In this document: in pieces, positions 1-10,920 of the stretch | Layout: every line of letters starts with the position of its first letter | How positions within the stretch are numbered: position 1 is the stretch's first letter | Origin: Schizosaccharomyces osmophilus | Lineage: Eukaryota | Length of the DNA: 64,000 nt | Reading direction: 5' to 3' | Assembly: GCF_027921745.1 (NCBI RefSeq) | Contig: NC_079238.1 | Coordinates: forward strand, 186,001-250,000 | Notes under the pieces: model-generated | Database searches by the model: none | What the model was told of the DNA's origin: nothing | Seen by the model: the letters and a program-made list of their open reading frames with translations, nothing else | Translations under genes and position numbers: made by a program

Positions 1-828
1 CATTTCTAAGAGTCTAGGAACTACCAGTGTCTTTCTAGCCTTTTCGTTCTCAGACAAGCTTGGTATACATTTAAAGAAAACGTCAACACACTCCGTGATG
101 ATGTTTTTGAAAAGAAGCTTGACCTCTTCAATGTTGCTTAATTCTCGATTCAAACAATCGAGGATAGCAGTATTCGGATTCATGCATGCATTGACAGCGA
201 GTTTCTCACATTGAGAAATAAGTAAATCATCGTAAGGCAAGTAGCTTGTATTCAGAATCCTGGATTTCATCAGCGTTTCCACCATCACACAAGCACCATT
301 AATCGCGGGGGATTTGTTGAGGGAGGGAACTTTGGCAATTTTTAAATTTCCTAAACCGGCATGCACGAAATGGAAATCTTGTTTCTGGAAAGATCCATGG
401 GTGATAATTCCTTGGTAAAGATTGGGAGCTTTGCTTTCATCGGTCCATATCACCCTTTTTAAATGTTCAATCACACCCAAACCGTTCTGGACAAATAAAA
501 TGTTGGAGTTTTCATTTAAAAAGGGAAGGTAGTTAGACAAAGCCTTTTCGGTGTGTACGGTTTTGGTGGTGACGATCAAGTTATCAATTGTACTGACGTT
601 CAATTCAGCAGGATATTTGGCTTTCAGCTTTTTCTGGATTTTTGGGCTACCTTGTTCAAACTTGCGTTCAATCGTCATCAATGATTGCTTTGCCATAAAC
701 TGCTCGGCTCTCACTTGATTTCTGAGCAATAAAACAACTTCATTTTGCATAGAAGGAATACTTGCTAATTCGCAAGCAAGCAAGCTTCCAATACTTCCAG
801 CACCTAAAACGTAGATAGGACTATTCAT
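1..828 (-). CDS. pan5: 2-dehydropantoate 2-reductase (ketopantoate reductase, ApbA/PanE family); 3' end runs off the window
   Basis: Manual translation from ATG at 828 gives MNSPIYVLGAGSIGSLLACELA (Rossmann GAGxxG), later IVTTKT, FVQNGLG and KLLINGAC..NADEI-like motifs. The frame appears open to position 1. Absent from the ORF track. Confidence 0.88.
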   Translation of the reverse strand, partial: MNSPIYVLGAGSIGSLLACELASIPSMQNEVVLLLRNQVRAEQFMAKQSLMTIERKFEQGSPKIQKKLKAKYPAELNVSTIDNLIVTTKTVHTEKALSNYLPFLNENSNILFVQNGLGVIEHLKRVIWTDESKAPNLYQGIITHGSFQKQDFHFVHAGLGNLKIAKVPSLNKSPAINGACVMVETLMKSRILNTSYLPYDDLLISQCEKLAVNACMNPNTAILDCLNRELSNIEEVKLLFKNIITECVDVFFKCIPSLSENEKARKTLVVPRLLEM

Positions 829-1531
829 TATGGAATCAAAGAATACAAAAGCCAAGGACAAAGGGACAACCTACCTGATTTTGTCAAACAAACGTACCGA
901 TTGATTTTCTTTTCTGAGCTTTGCAAATAGGAAAAGAACGCTGAAAGATAGAATTAGAGAAGAAAGAAAGGAAAAGCGATCGTGAAGGATACGATGATGG
1001 ACCGTATTTTAGATATGTTAAATGAAAATGTTCCCGTCCGCGTACCTTGAGGTTAAAATCAAGCGAGTATTTTTGGTTGAGAAACTAAACGATTCAAATG
1101 AAATTCGGTTTTTAAAGTAATAAAATAGAAAGAAAATTGCAAATGATTATATAGTACTCTATCTTTACATCGCCTCTTGTCTCTATATGTAATGTTTGCT
1201 TTCAGAAGAAAACCGTGAAATTTTCACATGCACTGAACGCTTGAATGTCAAATTGCTGCCAGCTTTACGATTTCTCTGGTAATTTTTTTTTGGTAATTAC
1301 TAGTTTGCCTAATCTATTAATTTTCTTTTTTTCTATTGTTTTGTTTACATATAACACATGATTTTATATAATAACATGTATTATACTAACGTGTTTCTAC
1401 TACTGCTTGGGATGTACAATGCTCACACCTGCTAATTTTCAACCATCCAACAACATACTTGTTCATTTCTTTCATTTCGGTCCTTCGAGACTGCCAGGAT
1501 AAAGTAAAATAAGAAAAGACGGTGAGTACAT

Positions 1532-3172
1532 ATGGACTTAATTCTATTAGCAACTGGCAAGAAATTTGATCGACATTACAAAAAGTTAGGAAAATGTCCG
1601 TCTCTTGAAAGTAAACATTCAACAAAAGAAAACCTATCTAACGGTGCTGATGCTGCTAATAAAACTACTTCTTCTCCAGAAGACAGATCCGTGGTTTCAT
1701 TAGGAGCATCATTGCCACTTGGACAGGATGACTTGGAGCGAGGAGAATCGAATACTTTAAACCCAAAGAAACAGGATCCATACTTAGTGACTTGGGATAG
1801 TCCAGATGATTCTATGAATCCGTCTAATTGGTCCATGGCTGAAAAATGGTGGATTATTATCCAAACATCAATTATTACAATCGTCGTAACATTTGGCTCT
1901 AGTATCTATTCGAGTGGTGTTGAACAGGCTGCTGATGAGCTCCATGCTTCTATACCCGTGTCTACCATTGGCTCTTGCACATTTTTGGTTGGCTTTGGCT
2001 TTGGTTCACTTCCTTTTGCTCCCTTAAGTGGTATTTATGGTAGATTCATTGTGTACTTCCTAACCTTGCTTTTGTTCACTATTTTCCAAGTTGGTGGAGG
2101 TTGTGCGCAAAATATATGGACTATTATTATACTTAGGTTTTTTCAAGGTGTGTTTGGAAGTACCCCTCTTGCGAATGCAGGTGGCACTATTGGTGATATG
2201 TTTACTCCCATCCAGCGTACTTATGTTCTTCCAGGATTTTGCACGTTTCCGTATTTGGGTCCTATTATCGGTCCTATCATGGGTGACTTTATTGTTCAGA
2301 GCTACTTGGGTTGGCGCTGGCTCTTTTGGATTAATATGATTTGGGCAGCAGGCACCTTGGTACTCATTTTCTTTTTATTTCCTGAAACTCATGGTGAGAC
2401 AATCCTTGACTATAAAGCGAAATATTTTCGCAAAATAACTGGCAATTCCGCTTATTATACAATTCACGAGCGAGAGCGTGACCCCAAAAACGCAATCTTC
2501 CAAGCAGCTACCCAATCAGCTTCCCTCTTTTTAACTGAACCCATTGTTGTTTGCTTTACTCTTTACCTCACCGTCGTTTACATAATTAACTACATTAATT
2601 TCGAGGGATATCCAATAATTTATGCCAAATATGGATTTAATTACGGTGAGTTAGGTCTGTCGTTTATTGCGGTCGGTGTTGGCATCGTGATTGCTGGTCT
2701 TTTGACACCATTAACTTATAAGCAGTATCTCTGGGCATATAAGAGAAGAGGTTCTGTTATGTGTCCTGAAGATAGGCTATATCCCCTTTTTATTGGTGCC
2801 TTTGTCCTTCCTATAAGTATGTTTTGGTTGGCTTGGACTTGCTATGCTGACCATGTCCATTGGATCGTGCCCATGATAGCTAGTGGTTTTTTCGGCTTTG
2901 CTTTGCTAATTGTATTTTTTGTTTCGTATAATTATATTATTGACTCATATCAGCACATTGCTCCCAGTGCGCTTGCTGCTGCGACCGTGGTTCGTTACTG
3001 CGCTAGTGGAGGTGTGACACTCGCTGCTCGTCCGATGTACCTGAATTTGGGAGATCATTGGGCTACTAGTGTGTTGGGGTTTATTTCGGTAGCTATGGTG
3101 CCTATCCCGTTTGCCTTTTATAAATACGGAAAAAATATTCGGGCTTGGAGCAAACATGCTTATAAACTGTAA
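1532..3172 (+). CDS. MFS transporter, DHA1 (drug:H+ antiporter/polyamine transporter-like) family; start codon uncertain
   Basis: About 12 hydrophobic segments; motifs WDSPDDSMNPSNWSMAEKW, APLSGIYGR, GWRWLFW, PETHGETIL, PEDRL typical of fungal DHA1 proteins. Confidence 0.9.
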   Translation: MDLILLATGKKFDRHYKKLGKCPSLESKHSTKENLSNGADAANKTTSSPEDRSVVSLGASLPLGQDDLERGESNTLNPKKQDPYLVTWDSPDDSMNPSNWSMAEKWWIIIQTSIITIVVTFGSSIYSSGVEQAADELHASIPVSTIGSCTFLVGFGFGSLPFAPLSGIYGRFIVYFLTLLLFTIFQVGGGCAQNIWTIIILRFFQGVFGSTPLANAGGTIGDMFTPIQRTYVLPGFCTFPYLGPIIGPIMGDFIVQSYLGWRWLFWINMIWAAGTLVLIFFLFPETHGETILDYKAKYFRKITGNSAYYTIHERERDPKNAIFQAATQSASLFLTEPIVVCFTLYLTVVYIINYINFEGYPIIYAKYGFNYGELGLSFIAVGVGIVIAGLLTPLTYKQYLWAYKRRGSVMCPEDRLYPLFIGAFVLPISMFWLAWTCYADHVHWIVPMIASGFFGFALLIVFFVSYNYIIDSYQHIAPSALAAATVVRYCASGGVTLAARPMYLNLGDHWATSVLGFISVAMVPIPFAFYKYGKNIRAWSKHAYKL

Positions 3173-3809
3173 ATTAAGGGTAGTGGACTATCGGTTTCAT
3201 CATTTCGTTTCTTTTTTTGAATGTTTTTTTTTTAGAATAGAATTTGTGAATGCATAATGTATTATTCAACGTCTATACTGAAGACAGAATTGACAGCAGC
3301 TCTTCTGAATTTCAATAATGATGCATATGTGTAGGCAACCTCAACGTTTGTTGAGTACATAGCCTTTTATCCGCTATACAATGAATTTAATGAATTGAGT
3401 TTTCGTAATATGAAAAATGGTCATAACTTTTCTACGGACTTCTGCCGGTTTTTTGTGTGAAATATCAAATGATTATTTTATAGTAAGTTCAGTTTTTTGA
3501 TTCAATGCAAATTCACATCCCCTGCATCAATAAAATTAAGTTATTTTTTTAAAGAAATAAATAAAACGTCCTTGTAAGAACGTGGGAATACCCGCGGAAG
3601 CAGAAATCGAAGTCTCAAAAATCTCTTAGTTTGTTCGTATGCTAGGAGAAAAGAATCCAAAAAGTCTATTAATCGTACAATATGATGAAAATAAGTTTGG
3701 CCGTTTTGATTGTAATTATTATGCTTTTTTTGAATTTAAACAGTATGCATGGTGGCCTTCGTGAACGCCATCGTCATATTAAAATTTAGAAGGGTACGTT
3801 CGTATCCTT

Positions 3810-5778
3810 CTACAGATTATTATGAGATGCAGATGTCATAAAAACAGGAGGTCCTCCGAAAAAAGATCGATATTCTTCATTATTGATATCCAGACTTGAC
3901 TGGCCGTCAATAAATTCATTCTTGATTGTCTCATCAAGGTAGTTGAATATGGGAATTTCTTCCGGAACAATCCTTGAGTTCAAATTAGGAAGTGAGAAAC
4001 TCTCATCAGGTGCGGAGTTACTCTCGTCCTTCAAACTAGTTTCAATCAATGTAAGGGATTTGGCAGCTAGCTTCCAGGATTTCGATGATTTTTGCAAAAC
4101 CATTACGAAAAACTTCAGTTTTTCTTCAATGTCTAAGCGTTCAGATAGTACTGAAGAATTCCTTAACATAATGAGTACGCTACAGCTTACTATTGCGGCA
4201 TATACCATAAATAAGGACGCCGACTCGAAGCCAAAAGCATCTCGGTAAGCTTTCAGAAGCTGACTGATATCTTCCATAGAATCCAAGCAAATCACCTTTG
4301 AAGTCATATCATTAGATGTGACTTCTTTTCTTGCTAGAAATGGACGATTCAGGCAAATCCGGATAAGATAATAGTAAAGACATACAGCAAGCATATCTGG
4401 ATTTTGTCCATGACTTTTCAGATCGCTCTTCTTCCAACGAACGTCATCTGGGAGCTTTAAATACCATTTCATCAATTCCAAATTATACTTCCCTAGGTTT
4501 TGAAGTCTAGCATTGATACCATATGGAAGATCACTAGGGGAGAATACATCAAATAAGATAGCATCAGCGATATGACTGAGATCCACCAACAAAAGAAGCA
4601 TAACAAAAAGAGTTGCAGGTTTAGCAGCAGGCCCCAAATCGCACTTAAATTCATCAATTCCATCAAAGTCAGGTAAATTTACAGATCCAGGGATGCTCGT
4701 ATCAGATTTCTTTAATGTTGTTGGTCTTCCTAGGATAAAGCTAATAAAAACATCTGCAACGTAGCTTCCCCAATAGATTCTGCTTCTTACAGCAGCGTCC
4801 TCGGCTGAAATAACAGGAATTTCATTCATAAACCATTTTCTCGGATCCAGTTGGAATCCTAAGTCCTGTCCCATTCGAAAAGCTAATCCTGATAATAGCC
4901 ATCCGAGAGAGTTGTTTCCCATACCAATATCATAGAATCCCAAGCATAACAAACATTGGACTGAAGTAATATGAGGCCTTCCTAAGCCATATTCCATTAA
5001 AGTATCCCAAGATAATCTATAATATTTGTCGGAGGAGTTAACCACCTCCGGTTCAGGAGCCATTCGACTTCCCAACGCGCACATTGCGTATAGCAAATGT
5101 TCTGAACAGTATCTACCATCATGATAGTGATGATAATAATCCAAGAGAAAAGCTTCTCTATTAATATACATGAACTGTGTGTATTGCCATTTGAAAAATA
5201 GTTTCAAGCAATAGGTGATAGCGGGGGAAAACATTGGATGTTGTCTCACCTGAAATGGCGCATCAACAGAAGAGGGGCGTAATGAGGAGCCATAAACATT
5301 TGTAGGGCCATAGAACGTTATGGTGTTTGGACCTCGAATATCTAGCGATATAGGAAAATCAATTGAATCATCCTTTGGCACGTTAACAGCATCGCTGTCG
5401 CGCCCATTACAACTGAGGTGATCCGCAAACGTAACCGATTCTAGCATTTTCAGCCGTTCGTTCGTAGGAGCATCCTTAACCTTCTTAAGGAATGATTCTA
5501 ATGTTGCCAGCTGACTTTCTAGCGCCTGAACATAGCTATGGGGGTGTCGTTTTTTCCTATTATCCAAATCTTTATGAATGCACTGCTCACCTAAGTGTAT
5601 ACAGTTCGTACAAGGTGACTTTCTGTCGCATTTAATCTACAAATTCTGTTAATTCTCAATCACATCATTAAAGACGGCTTAATTGAAAATACCTTTCTAC
5701 GGCGGCAAGACTGACATCTGCAAATATGTCAGCACACTGCTTTCAAAATGTTAAAGGTACTTACGATAAAGTCCGCAT
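3810..5778 (-). CDS. Zn(II)2Cys6 fungal transcription factor with fungal-specific TF domain; 3 exons (5765-5778, 5693-5717, 3810-5636)
   Basis: Removing introns 5718-5764 (GTAAGT..CTGAC..CAG) and 5637-5692 (GTATTT..TTAAC..TAG) gives [32 protein letters not shown] (six-Cys cluster). This is in frame with the 585-aa ORF containing LAFRMGQDLGFQ and RSRIYWGSY. Confidence 0.92.
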
Positions 5779-7185
5779 CTCTAGTCGCTTCAAAATCCCA
5801 CTAATGATACACCTCTTTTTAAATCCACAGTAAAAATAAAAGTGAGTGTTCAAATCTGTAAGGCCTTAATCAATTTTCAAAACAAACTTTTTTTTCAAAT
5901 AATGTTCTATTCTTTATATAGAAAAGAAGTTTTCCATCCACGTGAATTAACAGTAAAACATAAATTTAATAAAAGGAAGTTAGCTTGAAAGTGCTTGAGA
6001 GCTATTCAATCCAACGATATCATATAAAGATTGTAAAAGAAGCGCATGTATGAACAACTATGTTTTCCTAGAGAAACAGGAAAAAGTACTATCAACATAT
6101 AAAATGCGTGTACATGATGGTATTTAATACCAATTAGGCAACTTGCTATGCCCTGATTTTCTACGACAGGATTCAGAGTACACTATCAATTCTCTACAAG
6201 TAGGGATCTTAGACGCTGTAAAAGACAAGTTTCAGCATCCGTATCTAAAAAAAAGAAAAAAAATTTAGATGAATAACTGCTAGCATATTTACTCCTAGTA
6301 CTTAAATTTTTCACATCATAAGATCAATCATAAACATAACATAAACAAGTTCAAGAGGAATTTGGTACTAAGTAAGTAAAAAGTATTTCACTCGTGTGTT
6401 CGAGGCACTATTTGAAAATCCAGAAAGCTAGACTCTAACTCAGTCAAAGTAGAAACTCTTCATATGACAAGGCATAAGCATTGTGGCATCGCAGTCTTTT
6501 ATTCATCCATTGTAGCCATTCGTATTCATATGACTTCTTTAAAATATGAAAAAGTTTCCGGGAGTATATGATATCTTACCAGACCAAACTATCCAAAAAT
6601 ATTTTACAAAAGAATGCTGGGCTTTATAGATAAATTTCCAACGGAATACTTTACAAGATTTAAAAAATAAATTCCTTATTTACATCGAGCAAATCCCCAT
6701 TCTAGATCTCAATAATATTTTTTCATGAATTAATTCCCTAAATTTTTATAATCTCCAAGCGTTTTCCTTATTAAGTGTAGAAAACTGTGGGTATGGCACA
6801 AAATTAACGAAAGCGCTGAAACTATTAAATGTCCATTATTAAAAATCGTCAATACTTGCTAGTCATCACGTTTAATCAGGAATATCTAGCAGGTCATTTT
6901 GAAATAAGTTCGTGTAAACAGGCCTTGGAAAATTGTAAGACCAATCCTTTATTTACGACCGTTATAGACTATTAAACCCATCCGTCATTCTAAAAATTGC
7001 CATTCAATAAATCACGAGCAAAGAGGTAAGGTGGCCTCAATATATTTTGGTGAAACAGGTAAATTATGAAAAAAAGGAGAATAAATACAAAACCGCTCAA
7101 CCTTGACAATTCATTATATAGATGTTTATATGCTGTATTTCCTGCACTCTATTAACGTTGAAAGCGTTCTATATAGAAATACAGC

Positions 7186-10019
7186 TCAGTCATCCTTATA
7201 GTCCTCAGTAGGCGTATACAATTTTTGACCACAGTGAGAGCATGTAAGCGAATATGCGAATGTGTTAATATCCCGTATTTTCCTAGAAACGTGAAATAAA
7301 TAGTTACCACATTTAGTACATTCCATGCGATCTTTTTCAAAAAATATTTGATTGTTCTCATCCTTGGAAGAAGGTGCTAAAGATGAAGCAGCCTTGACAG
7401 GATCAGTTTGGTTAATATCTTTCTTCGAAGCTCCCTTTTGCTTTGCAGTATTTAAGGCTCTAGAAACATTCGTATTATTGACATCCAAGTCATTCATTGA
7501 ATAGTAAGCCATAGAAGAAGCCCCTTCTTGTAGCATCATCATATCAACACGCTTTAAAGCTTCAGAATCATCCATGCCCAGTTGTATTTCTTGAGTTTCT
7601 GTAGCCACCTCATTTGGTGCACCCCGATTCTCATGTTTTTTTGGTTTTTGGGAAGTTTGTTTGGATGAGACCGAAGGATGCCTTGACCGGTTTAATGAGA
7701 AGGGCTTATTTTTTAGACTCCGCAGGGAATTATTACTTTTATTTTTTACTAGAGAAGGTAAGCTAAAGCCCTCATTGCTTCCCTGTCGGGAATTTCTAGC
7801 TTCAAAAGAAGAATCCTGGCGAAAAACCCGAATGCGGCCGTCTAAATCTCCACATACAATTATATGGCCATTGTTCACTTCAGGTGGCAGCCAATTTATC
7901 GAAATTTTTTGATTATTCGTTACCCGTGAAGGATTGAAAGAAGCTTCTGAACCGACTGACGTCCGCCGAGCTGTAATTGCTGCAGCATACAGCGGATCAC
8001 CAGCCATTAACAACAGCTGCTTTGTTCGGACTGGAACAAAAACTGCAGTAGTAATCGGCCTCATAGAAGCTTTAAAATGTTCATAGGATTGTTTCTTGCT
8101 TTTCTGCATATGTGGCGGTGGAACATCCCAGACATAAACTTGATGATCTTCACTACCGCAGATTATATGCTTCAATTCTTCATCAAAAGATGATTTATTC
8201 TGGCTTTGTTCGTTTAGATGACCTTTGAACTTAATTTCGAGGCTCTTATCACGAAGATTATATACCCGAATTCGAGAGTCATTTGTAGTAATAAGCATCT
8301 CTGTATCCCCAGCGACGTTTTCAATTATTCGTGTGCGAGTTTCAATGCCAGTAATTTTGCTTCCTTTTGCATTTCTACCTCGAGAACTTCGAATATGTAT
8401 TTGAGTACGAAATCGAAGCCCTCGGGTGTCATAAAATAAGCACAAGCCAACAAATGTTCCAGCAATTGCCAAACCCCCGTCCGGACTAAAAGCAACTGCT
8501 GTGATCAATTCTGGCAGCTCATTCCAATGGGCTACATTCTTGTCTTTAATTGACCACAATCGTAATTTGCAGTCTAAGGATCCAGAAAGAAAAAATCGGT
8601 CATCTTTAGGATGAAAAGCTATTGAGGTGACGAAATCAGAGTGTTCAAAACAGCACAAGCAATCTTTACGAAGAGGATGCCATAAACGGACGGTTCTGTC
8701 CATGGACGAGCTAAGTAGAAAATTGTTTTTGCTCCAAGAAATATCTAGTATATCTGCGGTGTGCCCTACATACTGTTGTATAGGGGAAGAAGTGAAAACA
8801 GGGGCTCCTAGATCAAGCTTTGACGTGAAGTTTCCTGGCTCCGATGAAGCGTCGTATTTACGTGCTTGACCTCTGTCAAGAACTTGCCAAACACGAAGAA
8901 TTTTGTCTTGCCCACCGACAGCTAAAAAACGACCATCGCGACTGAATTTCATAGCCCATATTGCACAATTTATGGGGTTTTCGTCTTCCTTTACAGTTTG
9001 AATTACTGTATCCGAATGAATCGAAGGATCTCTGGTTTGGCGGTGACTATAAGAAGGGTGATAATTAGGATGCATTTCGTCAACGTAGGGATTATCATCG
9101 GAAAGATGTATATCATTTTGAGAATATTCAGCATTCTGTACAGCCGATAAGCCAGAAGAGGAAGACTTACAAGGAACATCAGAAGAATACGGTATTGGAT
9201 CAGGGGTAGCATTATAATAATAGTTATACACACTCGCCATTGCTGGTTTGCAGTGAAGTTCTTGAGCTAAGAACAAATGACCAAAAGACTTTTGTTTTGT
9301 TTTATGAGAACGAACGCGAATATACCTCGAAGGTGCTTCCCACTGGTTTTTGCCTTTGGAAATCCAAGAAAAGGGGTCCGCGGCATTTCCTTCTACCCTT
9401 GATATTCCATCGACAGCATCTTTATCATCATCTTCAGCATTATCTTCAAGGCCTCTATGATTAAAAATACTCGACCTGTTTCCAAGAACCCGCGAAAAGA
9501 TCGAAGACCTACGGCCATTAGCATGCCGTGCTTGATTTGCTTCCAGGTTTGGTAAATTACCAGTAATTGTTTCATTTTCAGATCCAGGAGAAAAATTGCT
9601 ATTATTTCTTCTTTCGGAATTAGTAAAAGATGTGCGTGCGGATGTTAGCGATTGGTTCTGTACGCCTATTTTAGATGGACTGTTGCTTGAGCGAGTACGG
9701 CTCATTATATGCTGTGACAGCGGATCCAATAAATTCAGTCCATCTCTCGAACTATTGTTTGGAAAGTCTGAATTGCTAGAAGTAAAATGACTCCGTGCGC
9801 TTGAGCTACGTTCCACTTCAGCTATGTATAAGTTAGCAATTTGTCTAAAATAAAAGTTGAATCCTATATAGGACACTTACAGCTTTGACGATCTGGTTGT
9901 CTTTTACTTCTGACATCTTTATTCATAGTAACTAGCTGATCATCCTGTCTATTTGCATCATTGTTTTCAGACGACCCTTTTGGTGAATGTATCCTTATGT
10001 GTGGTAGATTATCATTCAT
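7186..10019 (-). CDS. WD40-repeat protein, WDR44/YMR102C-like (S. pombe SPAC3H5.08c-like); 2 exons (9881-10019, 7186-9821)
   Basis: WD repeats GHTADILDISWSKNNFLLSSSMDRTVRLW and FHPKDDRFFLSGSLDCKLRLW. Intron 9822-9880 (GTAAGT..CTAAC..TAG) joins ATG at 10019 in frame. Confidence 0.88.
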
Positions 10020-10920
10020 TAAGCAATTAGTGTGAGAAAAAAAGGATATTTAGAAAAAAAAAGCCCCGCTAATGACCGCTTTTAGCAATTATCATCTGTA
10101 CTAGATGCTTTCCTTACATTGACAGAGATGAAGTTCACAATACCCAGATATACCAGTATATTCCTTATAATTATTTTTAGCTTTGCGGGTAGTATAATAT
10201 AAGAGGTAAATGTAAACAAATAAACAAAAAAAAAAAAGAGCAATAAAATTATAAAAATCTCGTGCATCCAAGAAAGCATTGAAAAACAAATAAATAAAAA
10301 TCAAATCATTAGCTGGAAATTTATGAAATACGTGTTTTTTACAATGGTCAGCATTGGAAAAACTAATGAAAGTTAGACTAAGTCGCTGACAGCTTATACT
10401 TTTGATAACCACTATTTAACAAATTTAGGACTTTTGGATAAAAACAAATAATTAGTATGAGTAAATACAAAGACAGATGCAGTATTCATAGTCGCAGCAA
10501 GCAATCTTTATTTCACATAAAAAATTCCTTTAATTTATCATATTCTTCAATTGAGTGTCTATTAGAAATTAAGTTATTACGATTTGCGGATAGTTTGTTG
10601 AGAAATATTCATGTCCTCCGAAAAGAGAAGAATTGGTTTACACGATACAATATCAGATCTAAAAGATCAATACTGTTTTGATATGAAACTGGTTAAATTT
10701 TATTATTACATAATTTACATCCATTCTCATCCTAAGTCTTAATGTTCGTCATTATAAACTTGTACTGTCATTTCAATAATATGGTCCATTTCATATATCA
10801 AATAGACAAAAGTACTAGACAAACCTTAGTTTTGGTATAGGCTATCTGTTTTAGATAGCCTATCCTTTATCCTCTTAATGCACGAGATCTTTGTTTTTCG
10901 ACAGTAAGCTTGCTTACTTG

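Noticed and set aside
1040..1080. CTTGA-GGTTAAAA-TCAAGCG hairpin resembling part of a TPP riboswitch, plus an Sm-like ATTTTTGG
   Set aside because: Lacks the CUGAGA and GAUAAU cores and has no intron context; only a 5-bp stem.
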